NCBI GenBank assembly: GCA_965199495.1
Contig: CBDASK010000003.1
Coordinates: 1,184,001 to 1,248,000 of the forward strand
DNA length: 64,000 bases
Direction: 5' to 3'
From: Abditibacterium sp.
GTDB taxonomy: Bacteria > Armatimonadota > Abditibacteriia > Abditibacteriales > Abditibacteriaceae
Under the pieces are notes generated by a model that did not search any database, was not told where the DNA came from, and was given only the letters and a program-made list of their open reading frames with translations. Numbering within the stretch: the first letter of the stretch is position 1; every line of letters begins with the position of its first letter. A program made the position numbers and the translations under genes. Positions 50,201 through 61,100 of the stretch are shown here, piece by piece.

Positions 50201-50730
50201 CCGAGTCGTGGCTACCGCCGCAATGGAAGAGTTATCTGCTCGACCGCACGGGGCGACAAGTCCGCGACCCGCAGACGCTCGAATGTCTGGCGCCAGAATA
50301 CGAAAAGACGGGCGCGGGGCGCGATTACAACTTGGATGCCCAGCGGCTGTGGGCGTTGGATGCCATTCTCTCGACCGAACAGCGCAAAACTCTCTGCCGC
50401 GATCTCGGCGCTCATGTGCTCAAAGTGATGCGCAATAATCCCACTTTGCAAGCGACGTGGAACGCCAAGGCCGAGATCGCTCGGCACGAAGGAGAACGGC
50501 GCCTCGAACTGGTGCGCCGAGGTCTGCTGCGCGGCGCCGACTTCAATGCTAAAAGCGCCGCGCAGACCGCCCAAACCATCGAAGAGCAGTTGGCGCAGGA
50601 GCTTCTGTTGAGCGAGTCGCTATGCGCGGGCCTGGCGCAACCGAGTATCCGCATTGATGCGGCGGGACTCATCGTTTTAAGCCGCAATAATCCTTTTGCA
50701 AACGAGGCGCAAGGAGATCGCTATGATTGA
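47263..50730 (+). CDS. dpdE: SNF2-like helicase DpdE
   Basis: HQ..VVRRVL.DP..RYLLADEVGLGKTIEAG, DEAHH, LLLSATP, CDRSGEEGLNLQ, EQRLGRLDR; first gene of a canonical dpd order. Confidence 0.88.
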   Translation: MSLQLGAFVTVEGINKGLAKVTALQNDDAGAPTAEVEWFTSVAQHTSKPLRKQVPLADLEGVSPPPQTRCYLEMPDGTWDVGRVTGEIMFGGEFGKAEPQVPVKVAGQPEQWFDQSQVWVRCLLPGASPLQTLAAGAQDTPFFHPRRHAFLSAYLRQRGAAGGLTGLLSARVKLLRHQVHVVRRVLKDPICRYLLADEVGLGKTIEAGVIARQLRIDFPNLRILIAVPSALVTQWKRELEDKFALAVDGDTLTLISHDELALSSWEQEKFGLVIFDEAHHIGAAHRDPDRADLWEKCRDLAHTTPRLLLLSATPALGHEADFAAMLHLLEPQLYRLDDLDAFKRRVQDRQEIGRFLNGFSVPLPRVAARYALPELRALFSDDDTIMEGARALEELIEQSKEVSSPWKQAQADEIARRLRVQISESYRLHRRLVRTSRATLERDGMLAHIEVGKRLGATAEWDFDSRLEPLHDALESWREAAYRSFCQREPSDNESETASSVSPLVEVYAVLWTMAATWSHLLRLAIECRLAEGANEANSYADALGEAERAILRTPRFEGEEEALQALLEALEHSPTTENGTAAHESDALEVAVAAIAQEWEKARDRKVVVFASSPLAASTLARRLRTLGYGGALVGAHLQESSGAERASALRAFEAHDGPAALVCDRSGEEGLNLQFAHALLMLDVPVDPNRLEQRLGRLDRIGSARDLRPRVLAGWSGERASGSLDHSIHDAWFKVLDEGLRVFDGSIADLGYAVEAILPRLKSIAFELGPQGLLEQIETVKASVKAERVKIREQAELDETESFGRDDDAFFEALVAGDRDGLALRAGVDAWLYEAWSFRPDLNFERPLWRAVTTEKTLAPRDWRARLLAAQNAAPASWPRPFGGCYERAVACERPHVQLLRPGHALLDELYALSLWDDRGQAFAFWRSTAQWSREAPELFFRFDLLIEADMEPLQQTLKFLKASGWKSSALAAFKRQAESWLPPQWKSYLLDRTGRQVRDPQTLECLAPEYEKTGAGRDYNLDAQRLWALDAILSTEQRKTLCRDLGAHVLKVMRNNPTLQATWNAKAEIARHEGERRLELVRRGLLRGADFNAKSAAQTAQTIEEQLAQELLLSESLCAGLAQPSIRIDAAGLIVLSRNNPFANEAQGDRYD

Positions 50731-53404
50731 GCACGACGAATTACAAATCCTGCGCACCAGCCTCGAAAACGGCTCGCCAGTCGCGGAGTTGTCGGAACAG
50801 GCGCCCGCCATTTACCGGCGTCTGGCGCGCGCGTGGCCGCACGGCACGGCGGCTGATTTGGCGGTTTTGCTGCGTCACATTCTGCGTTTTGAAAGCGAGC
50901 GCAGCAGCGGCACCTATTTCTTGCTGATCGATGCAAAAGACCCGCGCTTTGCCAAATGGCGAAGCGCGCAATGGGATCGTTTCGGTCTGACGGCGGGCGT
51001 GCTGGAGTCGCCCTCATGCTTCCGTTTGTCGGCGCGCCCTTGGCGCCCCGATTGGTTAGATTCAACGGGTCTCGGCGCGGGGGAATCTCCCGAAACGCAG
51101 GCGTTCAAAGGCACCGTGCGCCGTAGCTTCGAGTCAGCGACCGGCGATGCGGCGATTGCGGCTCTGGGACGCCAGAGTTACCTGTGTCCTGGCCAGCAAA
51201 GCGCGGTGCGCGCGGTGTTGGCAATGCCCGCAGGAGCGACGCTCTTGATAAATTTGCCGACGGGATCGGGCAAAAGTCTGTGCGCCCAGGTTTTGGCGGC
51301 GGCGCCCTTCGCGCGGGACGAGGGAACGGGCGTCGTTGTTGTCGCGGTGCCCACGACTTCGCTCTGCCTCGATCAGGCCAGAGCGGTCATGAATTTGGTG
51401 CCGCACTCGTGCGCTTTTCATGGCGGGACAGCGCTCGATGAGCGCCGCGCCATCTTCGCGCGGCTTTTTGCGGGCGATCAGCGCATTCTGTTCGCTTCTC
51501 CCGAAAGCCTGATGCACTCGCTCCGTCCGGCGCTTTACGGCGCGGCGCGCAGCGGCTATTTGCGGACGCTCATCGTGGACGAGGCGCACATGATCGAGCA
51601 GTGGGGCGACGAGTTTCGGCCCGCATTTCAGGAGTTGGCCGGACTGCGCCGTGGACTGCAACGCGAGTCCCGCGCCCACGCGCCCCACGCTCCGGCGCTA
51701 CGCACCGTGCTGCTTTCGGCCACCTGGACGGAAAACGCCGTGCGAACGGCGAAGGCGTTGTTCGGTTCTCCCGAAGTAACGAGCGAGATTTCTGGAAAAA
51801 CTGAGCGCGTCAGCGACGCGGCGCAAAGCGGTGACGCCGCGCTGCAAATGTCAGCGACAGTTCAACTGCGGCCCGAACCCGCCTTGTGGATGGCGCCTTG
51901 CCAGGCCGCTTCGGTGCCCGCCGCCGAAGCCCTGCGCGCCGCGCGCGTCTTGGAGGCGCTGCATCATCTGCCGCGCCCGCTCATTCTCTATACATCCAAA
52001 GTCGAGGACGCCGATCTCTGGTTTAATCAATTGCGTAAGCAGGGCTTCGACCGTTTGGCTCTTATGACGGGCAAAACTGGGGGCGATGAGCGCAAGCGGA
52101 TCGTGGACAGTTGGGCGCAGGGCGCTTTGGATATGGTCGTGGCGACTTCGGCTTTTGGTTTAGGCATAGACCAGAGCGAAGTGCGCGCGGTCGTTCACGC
52201 GTGCGTGCCCGAAAATCTCGACCGCTTTTATCAAGAAATCGGGCGCGGCGGGCGCGATGGCCGCGCTTCATTGTCGCTGATCATTTACACCCGCGTGCCT
52301 TCGCGCGCCGATTGGAAGACCGAAGAGGACGACTTGGCCGTCGCGAGCGGCATCGGCAAGAAACGCATCATCACTCTGGAGTTGGGTTTGGCGCGCTGGA
52401 AAGCGATGTTCGCGAGCAAAACGCCCCTGCCGGATGGGCGCTACCAAGTTCCTCTGGACGCGATGCGCGGCCTGGATATGGACAACAGCTACAACCGCGA
52501 TTGGAATTCGCGCACGCTGACGTTGATGAGCCGCGCTGGAGTTTTGACCTTGGATGACGAAGCGCCAGTTGCGACAGTAATCCAAGAAAGTGCGACGGCG
52601 CAGGAGGCAGAAGAATCGTTGTTTCCAATTAAGCCAACGCGAGTGATAACGATTTTAAAAGATCGCCACTTGGAAGAAGAGTTCTGGGACGAAGAAATTG
52701 AGCCGCAGCGCGATAGCACCGCGCGCGCGCAAAAGGCGGGGCTAAAGAGAATGCGCGAACTTCTGGAGGGCAAACGCTGCGCGGCGGAAGTGCTGGCCGA
52801 GAATTACGTTTTGCCTGCGGGATTAATTGGCAACAGATCCGTTCCGGTCGCGCGCAGTTGCGGTGGTTGTCCGGCTTGTCGTCGCGTCGGACGCGAGCCG
52901 TTTTCTCACGAGGCCGTGCCATCGCGCTTTCCCTGGAAACCGCTGCGCCTTCTGGGTGCGGGCGCCCACACCTTGTTTGGCAACGGGAGCCTGGTTGTGC
53001 TCTTCTACGACGAAGCCGCGCCCAAGACGTTGTTGGCGCGCTTTTCTAAACTGTTGGGCTGGAGCGTTAAGCAGGGCATGCGCGGGTTCATCGCGCCCGC
53101 GCAGTGGCGAGGCGATTTGGCAGAGAGTCAAAAATCCGTGCTCCAATCGCGTGGCGTCTTTACTCTGGCGCCCGACGAACTCGACATCAACGTGCCGACG
53201 GTTCTGTTTCATCCGGCGGGCGAAGGTATAAAAGATTGGCACAAGTGGAAGCGGCGCTTTGACTCGCCCGAACTTTACGCGCCGCTGCTGTTGATGTTGC
53301 CCGCCAACACTCCCGATCCGGAGCGGAGCGACCGACTGCTACGCGAATTGGCGACTTTTCCGTGCTGGAGTTTGAGCGAGTGGGAAGCGCGCTTTAGCGC
53401 CTGA
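50723..53404 (+). CDS. dpdF: RecQ-like helicase DpdF
   Basis: NLPTGSGKS, VDEAH...WG..FRP, VATSAFGLG.D, YQEIGRGGRDG, CGGCPAC; ATG 50723 with AAGGAG. Confidence 0.88.
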   Translation: MIEHDELQILRTSLENGSPVAELSEQAPAIYRRLARAWPHGTAADLAVLLRHILRFESERSSGTYFLLIDAKDPRFAKWRSAQWDRFGLTAGVLESPSCFRLSARPWRPDWLDSTGLGAGESPETQAFKGTVRRSFESATGDAAIAALGRQSYLCPGQQSAVRAVLAMPAGATLLINLPTGSGKSLCAQVLAAAPFARDEGTGVVVVAVPTTSLCLDQARAVMNLVPHSCAFHGGTALDERRAIFARLFAGDQRILFASPESLMHSLRPALYGAARSGYLRTLIVDEAHMIEQWGDEFRPAFQELAGLRRGLQRESRAHAPHAPALRTVLLSATWTENAVRTAKALFGSPEVTSEISGKTERVSDAAQSGDAALQMSATVQLRPEPALWMAPCQAASVPAAEALRAARVLEALHHLPRPLILYTSKVEDADLWFNQLRKQGFDRLALMTGKTGGDERKRIVDSWAQGALDMVVATSAFGLGIDQSEVRAVVHACVPENLDRFYQEIGRGGRDGRASLSLIIYTRVPSRADWKTEEDDLAVASGIGKKRIITLELGLARWKAMFASKTPLPDGRYQVPLDAMRGLDMDNSYNRDWNSRTLTLMSRAGVLTLDDEAPVATVIQESATAQEAEESLFPIKPTRVITILKDRHLEEEFWDEEIEPQRDSTARAQKAGLKRMRELLEGKRCAAEVLAENYVLPAGLIGNRSVPVARSCGGCPACRRVGREPFSHEAVPSRFPWKPLRLLGAGAHTLFGNGSLVVLFYDEAAPKTLLARFSKLLGWSVKQGMRGFIAPAQWRGDLAESQKSVLQSRGVFTLAPDELDINVPTVLFHPAGEGIKDWHKWKRRFDSPELYAPLLLMLPANTPDPERSDRLLRELATFPCWSLSEWEARFSA

Positions 53405-53420
53405 AAGCCTTTTTAAAATT

Positions 53421-54326
53421 ATGAGCGTTATGCGAACCGTTGAAGCTGTGCCCTCTCGTGTAGTGGGCGTGGCTCGCTTTCTGTTGCACCATAAGGGTAG
53501 CGAAAAAAGGAGCGTCGTCGAGGCGATGATGTCGCCCATTAGCCTGGGCAACGCTGGAGACGATGATGACGCGCCTGTCTCGACTTCAAGATCAGGCGCC
53601 ATGATTTACAGAGTCATTGAAGAGTGCATCAAAATGGGACTCTGTTCAAAAGACGAAGATATGCTATTCCTATCTCCCGAAGTTACTGCAGCATTTCATA
53701 AGAACCGTTTTGATCCAGAAATAATGCGAGTGCAGTTAAGACGCCTAATTTTGAGCGAGAATTCCTCTGCAAACCGCGACATTGGACAGTTCATGACTTG
53801 GTTTTTGGAACAAGATCCTCTAACTTTTGGCGTTGGACAAGAGAGACGTGTGATGTTGATGGGAGCCCTGCGTCAACAGACTGGCGATGAGCAGTTGCGA
53901 GTTACCAATAACAGCCCAGCCGATAATTTCGTCTACTGGTCGGTTTACTTTGGGTTAGCTTGGAAAATGAGTTTTGGCAAAGCCAAAGATGAGCGTGTAA
54001 TACCTGATCCAACGAGTTTGCTTCTGCAGCTCGCGCCCGATTTACTACCGTTAGGAGAAGAGGTGGCAGTTACCTCATTTCTGGAGCAATTAGCTGCGTT
54101 GTGTCCGGTATTTAGCGGCAGCTCCTGGCACGACGAACTGAGGAGCAAAAGTTTTCTGCCCTCGCGCGAGCCGCAGTATCTGCCGCCCGCGCTCAGTTTT
54201 TCGCTGCGGCGTTTGCAGGAGCGCGGCGCCCTCAAGCTCATCGCGCGCGCCGATGCCGAAAGTCGCCTATTATCCGCTTCCGGCGCTCAAACCCAAACCG
54301 TCTCGCACCTGGAGCGTGCGGTTTAG
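53421..54326 (+). CDS. dpdG: DpdG
   Basis: ~300 aa between dpdF and dpdH; W..YFG..., PDPT, CPVF, LS..L.RL. Confidence 0.75.
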   Translation: MSVMRTVEAVPSRVVGVARFLLHHKGSEKRSVVEAMMSPISLGNAGDDDDAPVSTSRSGAMIYRVIEECIKMGLCSKDEDMLFLSPEVTAAFHKNRFDPEIMRVQLRRLILSENSSANRDIGQFMTWFLEQDPLTFGVGQERRVMLMGALRQQTGDEQLRVTNNSPADNFVYWSVYFGLAWKMSFGKAKDERVIPDPTSLLLQLAPDLLPLGEEVAVTSFLEQLAALCPVFSGSSWHDELRSKSFLPSREPQYLPPALSFSLRRLQERGALKLIARADAESRLLSASGAQTQTVSHLERAV

Positions 54327-54343
54327 AAACCGACTTTTTACTT

Positions 54344-57300
54344 ATGCCCTACCGTAAATTTGTGTGCTGGAAAGAAGCTTCTTTGCCCAAAGTTCTGAAC
54401 ACCGAGGCGTTGCAGATGGACGATCACTTCTTTCTGGCGACGCACCATCCGGTGCAGATGAAGCGCGCCGATCAGCGCAGCGGATTCGCTCTGGCGCAGA
54501 CGCCGGTTTTGGAACAGCAGCAGTTACTGGATGAGCTACTCGATCCTAAGCGCGATTACATCTTGAGCGCGATCTTGGGCGCCCCAGGAACGGGCAAGTC
54601 GCACTTGGTGCGCTGGCTGTGGCTGCACTTGCCCAGGGAAGGCGCAGGCAAACGTCACGTCGTTCTGGTGAGGCGCGGCGCCACTTTGCGCAACGTGATC
54701 GAACTGATCCTGAAGGACATGGAGGGTGAAATTTTCGAGAAACTGCGCGAGCGCCTGGGCCGCGCCGCCCAGAAGACGGTGACGGTCGAAGCCACGCGCG
54801 AACTGTTTATCTCCGATTTGTGCATCGCCGTTGGCCCTCAAGGGCCGCGTTCCAGCCACGTCCCGCCAGGGATGGATCGAGACGATTTGGAAGAGCGCGA
54901 TGCCATCGTCGAGGGATTGCCGGTCTTGCTGCGCTCGTCTTTGTTTATGCAGGAGTTGACGCGTTCGGGCGGCATCGTGGCAGAATTGGTCGAACATACC
55001 GTAGGCAAGCAGGGCATGGAGCGATTGGGGGACAAACGGCGCTTTGCTATCTCGGATATCGCGGTCAAAGATTGGGATTTCTCTTCCACCGATCTCGACA
55101 TCGCCGCGCGCGGCTTCCACAAACTGATTCGCTATAACCCTGAACTTCAGCAAAAGTCGGTGGATTGGATCAACGCCAATCTCGACTGGGCGATGGTGCG
55201 TCTGCTCGACCTCAGCGGCGAAGATTTGATCGGCTTGATGGCCGAAGTGCGCGCCGCTTTACAGCAACAGGGCAAAGAGTTGGTTTTGCTGATCGAGGAT
55301 TTATCGAACTTGCAGGGCATAGACAACGCGCTGTTGGAAGCCCTGTTGGTGCGGCCCAAACAGCAGGAGCAGTTGTGCCCTTTGCGCGCGGTCTTCGCGG
55401 TCACGACGGGCTACTACGCCAGCATCGCCGACAACGTGCGCGAACGCGTCGAATTGCCGGTCACCCTCGACATCAGCGAAGGCGCGAGCGCCGCTTCGCC
55501 CGAAAAGCTGGCGCAGTTCGCCGCGCGTTATCTGAACGCCACGCGCTTCAACGGCGAGGAACTGCGCCAGTGGCACGAGGGCGGGGCCGATGACGCGCCG
55601 CCTAATCACTGCGACAAATGCGATTACCAAGCGCAATGTCACCAGGGCTTTGGCGAGGAGTCCGACATCGGGCTTTACCCATTCACCCAGCGTTCGCTGG
55701 CGCTGATGTATGAGCGCGCGCGCGAAGACCGCCAGCACTTCAACCCGCGCGTTCTCATCAACGTCGTGCTGCGCCGCACGCTCGAACGCGGCGCACAGGA
55801 AATCCCGCAATCCAACTTCCCGCCGCCCGACCTTGCGACGACTTTGGGGACGAACCGCGCCCCTCTGGGCGCCGAATTGACAGCACAAATCGAACGATCT
55901 GTCGCCTCCCCCGACCGCAGAAGGGTCGTGACGCTGGTCGAGTTGTGGGGAGAGCAATCGCAGTGGCTCCAGGCCGATACCGTTCTTGAAGCGTTCGATC
56001 TGGACATGAAGCCGCTCGCGGCTACCATCACGCCGCCCCAAACTATCGTTGTCGCGCCCACAAAGACCACGCCGACTGAGCCAGAGATAACGGTTCCCGA
56101 TGCCGTTACCGAGCAGGTGTTGCCGAGGGAGTTGGAAGCGAATCTCAAAACAGTCGATGCTTGGGTGGGAGGCGCGATTTTGCCGGAGCGGGTCACGGCG
56201 GTGCTGCGCGGCATTCTCTTCGCTTCGCTGCAATCTTACGTGGACTGGGACGCCGAAATGTTCGCGGCTTCGGAGTTCGTCGGGACGGGCAAAATGTTCC
56301 AGCCCGCGAGCTTATATTTCGAGGGGCAACAGACCCAAAGAAAAAACACGGGGGTATCGCTCGCTCTGCCCTTGGCTGGAGAGTCACGCGCCCAACTGGC
56401 GCTCGTTCTTCAAGGAGCTTTGATGCACAACACCTTGGGGCATTGGAACTTCGCCGACGGAGCCGCGCGTTTGCGCCAGTGGGCCAACCTGCTGGAACGT
56501 TGCGCCGCCGAGGTGCTGCGGCAACTGCGCGTGCCGCAGGAGGATAAAAATGAGTGGAGTTCGGCGCCTCTGGCTGCCGAACTGTTGGCGGTGGGCGCGG
56601 CGGTCAATGGCAAGCCGACGCCTTCGCAAACGGCGGATGAGTTTGAAATCGAGGCGCTGTTTGGAGAGTTTCGCAAACTCGACGCACACGATGACACGCG
56701 CTCGGCGGAGTGGAAAAAATTACAAAACACTTTCGCCCTGCATTCGGAGAAGTTGCAGAACTATGTGATGGTGCGCGCGCTTTGCACCAAGGGTGGTCGC
56801 GCGAAAGGCAAAGTCGTGGACGCCTCGCTTTTTGCCGATGAGGTGCGGCGGGTGCGTTCGAGTTGGACGCTCAAAGCTCCGGTTTCGCAGTCGCCGCGCG
56901 CAGATGCCAAGTATCTGTGCGGCTTGCGAGAGTCGCTCGAACCAGCGCTTGAAGCGGCAGTCGAGGCCGAGGCCAACGCTTGCGAGGCTTGGCTGATGAC
57001 CGTTGAGCGCTTAGTGGAGCCAGGCGAAGGACGCAAAGAGATACAGAACGCGCTCGAAGCGGCCCTTGAAGCCTCCGCAGGTCAGGGGTTGGGCACCTCC
57101 ACTGTTGGGATCAAGAACGCGTTAGAAGGCTTTGGCTCTGTGCGTCTTAAGGAGTGCGTGAGCGCGGCGGCGGCATTGCGTGGAAAGATCGGAGTCGCGC
57201 GTCTGCCTCTGGTCGCACGCCCCGAACTGGTGCCGATGCGACAGAAAACTGCGCGCGTTCTTGAACATGGAGAAAGGTTTTTGGACGACTTAGAAAATCG

Positions 57301-57427
57301 AATTCAAAACAAGAAAGCCGAAGTCAGCGGCTCAGGTGATGTTGCCGCTATCCAAGCAGAAATCAGCGATTCACTGAGCCAGCTTTGCTCTGTGTTTACA
57401 GAATTATCCGACCCTAAGAGCACTTGA
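54344..57427 (+). CDS. dpdH: P-loop ATPase DpdH
   Basis: CW, FLATH.P, GAPGTGKSHLVRW, ELVLLIED, AVTTGY, YLNA.R, YPF, FNPR. Confidence 0.85.
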   Translation: MPYRKFVCWKEASLPKVLNTEALQMDDHFFLATHHPVQMKRADQRSGFALAQTPVLEQQQLLDELLDPKRDYILSAILGAPGTGKSHLVRWLWLHLPREGAGKRHVVLVRRGATLRNVIELILKDMEGEIFEKLRERLGRAAQKTVTVEATRELFISDLCIAVGPQGPRSSHVPPGMDRDDLEERDAIVEGLPVLLRSSLFMQELTRSGGIVAELVEHTVGKQGMERLGDKRRFAISDIAVKDWDFSSTDLDIAARGFHKLIRYNPELQQKSVDWINANLDWAMVRLLDLSGEDLIGLMAEVRAALQQQGKELVLLIEDLSNLQGIDNALLEALLVRPKQQEQLCPLRAVFAVTTGYYASIADNVRERVELPVTLDISEGASAASPEKLAQFAARYLNATRFNGEELRQWHEGGADDAPPNHCDKCDYQAQCHQGFGEESDIGLYPFTQRSLALMYERAREDRQHFNPRVLINVVLRRTLERGAQEIPQSNFPPPDLATTLGTNRAPLGAELTAQIERSVASPDRRRVVTLVELWGEQSQWLQADTVLEAFDLDMKPLAATITPPQTIVVAPTKTTPTEPEITVPDAVTEQVLPRELEANLKTVDAWVGGAILPERVTAVLRGILFASLQSYVDWDAEMFAASEFVGTGKMFQPASLYFEGQQTQRKNTGVSLALPLAGESRAQLALVLQGALMHNTLGHWNFADGAARLRQWANLLERCAAEVLRQLRVPQEDKNEWSSAPLAAELLAVGAAVNGKPTPSQTADEFEIEALFGEFRKLDAHDDTRSAEWKKLQNTFALHSEKLQNYVMVRALCTKGGRAKGKVVDASLFADEVRRVRSSWTLKAPVSQSPRADAKYLCGLRESLEPALEAAVEAEANACEAWLMTVERLVEPGEGRKEIQNALEAALEASAGQGLGTSTVGIKNALEGFGSVRLKECVSAAAALRGKIGVARLPLVARPELVPMRQKTARVLEHGERFLDDLENRIQNKKAEVSGSGDVAAIQAEISDSLSQLCSVFTELSDPKST

Positions 57428-57431
57428 ATTT

Positions 57432-58142
57432 ATGATTTTTCTTACCCAACGCAGCGCACAGGCTGTAATACAAATTGGCGAAATCAAGCAGTTGAACGAA
57501 ATCGCTAAAAGCGTGGACGAATTCGCCAGTCGCCGCGACCAGTTCGTTCGACAGTGCGACGCTTTTGCGCCTCTACTCGCGCAAGTCCGCTTGTTCCGAG
57601 CGCGCGGCTTGAACGTCACCGCGCCACAGTTGATCTATTTTTTGTTGAAAGAGTTCTCCCAATTGCAACAGGAGTTCGAGACGCAACCCGAATCGCTGAC
57701 CCAGACGAACCTAAACAAGATATTCAATCAGTCACAAAACTGCCAGCAAGCATTGAGGGACGAATTAGAACGCGTCTGGCACGAATACGTGGACGCGAAA
57801 CGATTAAAGCTCGATCAGGCATTGCTGGGCGTTTTGAGCGTAGTGCCCGCTTTTGGCGATGCGGTCGCCTATTTGGAAGAGTGGGACGAAAAGATCGAGG
57901 CGCAGCGCAACCGCGTGCCAACTGATAAGGGCGGCTTCGAGAACTTACAACGCTCAATTGACGAGATGCAGCGCATCTGGAACGACCTGGGTGGCGCGGG
58001 TTTACCAGCGGACTTGGTGAATTTCCTGCGCATCGCGGGCGATAAGAGCATCGGCGCGCGGTTGGAGTTGCTCGACCAGATTCGGCCTTGGCTCAAAGAT
58101 CGGGGATTGGAGGGATCATTTCGTGTCGTTATTTCAGGCTGA
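57432..58142 (+). CDS. dpdI: DpdI-like coiled-coil protein
   Basis: 236 aa helical protein between dpdH and dpdJ; ends V.FL....GA.L..L....WL; assignment mainly by synteny. Confidence 0.7.
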   Translation: MIFLTQRSAQAVIQIGEIKQLNEIAKSVDEFASRRDQFVRQCDAFAPLLAQVRLFRARGLNVTAPQLIYFLLKEFSQLQQEFETQPESLTQTNLNKIFNQSQNCQQALRDELERVWHEYVDAKRLKLDQALLGVLSVVPAFGDAVAYLEEWDEKIEAQRNRVPTDKGGFENLQRSIDEMQRIWNDLGGAGLPADLVNFLRIAGDKSIGARLELLDQIRPWLKDRGLEGSFRVVISG

Positions 58143-61100
58143 TCCCAACCAAAACCTCGCGGTCGAACTGCTCGACCGCCTCGAAGCGCGCGAATACGAA
58201 CTGCTGACCTGGGGCTTTCTCGATGGCGGCTTCTCGCGCGAGGAACTCGAAGAACACGCCGAGCAAGTCCTCGACGCTCACAGCGTTTACCACATCGGCG
58301 CGGACGATTTGATCGAGTCGCTGCGCGAGGGCAAATTGCTGTTCGAGTTCAATTTGGATCAGCGAATTTTGTGGCGCACGCGCTTTGCTGAGGCCATTCG
58401 TTTGTTCGCGCGTCTGCGCCAGATTTTCAAGGCCGACGGCTGGGCCATCGCGCCGTCGCTCGTCTCCGATTTTCGCCTGTCGGTGCGTCCGCGTCGTTAC
58501 CCCCTGCGCAATATCCTGCCCGCGCAGGTGCAGCAGGATTTGACCCGTGCCATCGCGCCGCGCTCAATGCAGCCGATAGAAAGGGCGGCGCTCAATGCTC
58601 TGACTCAGGGCGCCGGAGGGGAGCCGTTGCAGCTTTCCAGATTTCAGGTCGAGGCTGCCGCGCAACTGCTTAGCGCGGGCGACGGCCAGGCGCGCGGCAC
58701 CATCGTGTGCGCCGGAACCGGAACCGGCAAGACCATCGCGTTCTATTTGCCCACGCTGATTCAGATCGCGCGCACCATGAGCGCCGAGGCGTTTTGGGTG
58801 CAGGCATTGGCGATTTATCCGCGCAACGAACTGCTCAAAGACCAGTTCACCGAGGCCTATGGGCAGGCGCGCAAATTGGACGCGCTCACCCAAAATCGGC
58901 AGGGGCGCAAAATTCTCATCGGCGCTTTTTATGGCGACACGCCCAACAACGCGGCGGGCGCGCGTTACAAATGGAAGAAATCCAACGTCAGCAACTCCAA
59001 CGTCTACATCTGCCCGATGCTGCGCTGCCCGATTTGTGACGGAGACTTGGCCTGGCGCGACGCCGACATTACGCTTGGAAACGAAGAGTTGCACTGCTTG
59101 ACTTCGGGTTGTGCGGGCGGGACGCGCGCCGATGAAGTGGTGCTGACGCGCCAACGGATGCAGGGCGGTAAAGATCGCCCCGCGCAAGTGCCGGATATTC
59201 TGTTCACCTCGACGGAGATGCTTAACCGCTCGATGAGTTCGACGTGGAATCGCCCTCTTTTTGGCGTCGATGTGCCGACCGAACGCGCGGTCAAGTTCGT
59301 GTTATTGGACGAGGTGCATACCTACGGCGGCACGCACGGCGCGCAGGTTGCGCTCCTGCTGCGTCGCTGGAAGAAGGCGGCGGGCGCCGCGCCCCATTTC
59401 GTAGGTTTATCGGCGACCTTGGCCGATCCGCAGGCGTTTTTCGCCGATATTACGGGCTTGCCGCTTGGGCGGGTGGCGCCGATTGCCGTCGGCGAGGCGC
59501 TCGAAGCCGAGGGCAAAGAGTATCAGTTGGTTTTGCGCGGCGATCCGGTTTCGGGCACGAGTCTGCTCTCGACTTCGATTCAAGCCGCCATGCTGCTCGC
59601 GCGCGTGATGGAACCGCCTGGCGGCGAAGCGGATGAACTGTGGGGCCAACGAGTTTTCGCGTTTACCGACGATTTGGACGTGACCAATCGCCTGTTCCAC
59701 AACACTTTGGACGCTGAGGGGCGCAACAGTCAGGGGCGCATCAAAGCGGGCCGCAACGGTCAGCCCGCTGATCCTCCGTTGGCCTCGTTACGTAGCGAAT
59801 CGCAACCCGCACCCGCCGAACGGATGTTAGAAGGCCAGAACTGGAAAATCTGTGAGGAGATCGGCCACGATCTGGGCGATGCCGTTTCTTCGCCAGGCGA
59901 TAGCGCGCGTCTGCGCGTGGGCCGCACCAGTTCACAGGACGCGGGCGTGGACGCGCGCAGCCAACTTATCGTGGCGACGGCCTCGCTCGAAGTCGGGTTC
60001 AACGATCCGACGGTGGGCGCGGTCATGCAGCACAAAGCGCCGCGCGATGCCGCTTCATTTCTGCAGCGCAAAGGTCGCGCGGGCCGCCGTCGCCGCACGC
60101 GGCCTTGGACGGTCGTTGTCCTCTCGGATTATGGGCGCGACCGCTTGACTTACCAAAACTACGATCAGCTTTTCGATCCCGTTTTGGAAAAACCGTCGCT
60201 ACCGATTGATAATCGCTACGTGCTGCGCATTCAAGCGACTTATGCCTTCATGGATTGGATGGCGGACAAGCTCAAGCGCGGCTATCGTGGCAGCGTGTGG
60301 GAGGACTTTACCGATCCATCTGACAACAGGTATGAAGCCGAACGCCAGGAAAATGAGGTCAACATTATCCGAGGCATTTTGGATAGCGATGGGCCGCTTC
60401 GCCGCGAGTTAGCCGAGCATTTGCGACAGTCGCTGCAAATCTCTGCCGACGAGGTGCGCGCGGTAATGTGGGAGCCGCCGCGCGCGCTTATGACGGCGGT
60501 TTTGCCGACGCTGTTGCGGAGGCTATCCTACCGTTGGCGCGTTTTGGGGCGGCCCAACGAGTTCGATCTCAAGTCGGACAACGCGCCTTTGCCAGAGTTT
60601 GTAACCGCCAACTTGTTCTCCGATCTGAACACGCCCGAAGTGATGATCACGGCACCGCGCCAATTCAAGAAAGCGGATGACGAAGACTACCAAGAAACGA
60701 TGCCGCTTTCGCAGGCTTTGCGCGCGTGCGCGCCAGGCCGCGCCCTGCGTCGTTTCGCCTCGCAGTCCATCGCCGATAACCATTGGATCGAACCGGCGGC
60801 TTTAGAGTCGGGCGAGTATTCGCTGGAAATTGGACAATTTTGCCGCGCCGAACGCCGCGAGAATTTGGGCGAGTTCGAGGCTTATATCGAGGGCAATGCT
60901 GCGTCGTTCTCGTGCTGGCGTCCGCAGGAGATGCAGTTGCAGCAGGTGCCAAATGAGATTCGCAATACCTCCAACGCGCAGTTACAGTGGCACTCCCAGT
61001 TTCTGCCGCCCGCATTACCCAACGCCGATTGTGATGTGCCGCAGGGATCGCTGTGGAACGAATGGATTCGCGCGGTGCGGTTTTACACCCATAACGAGCG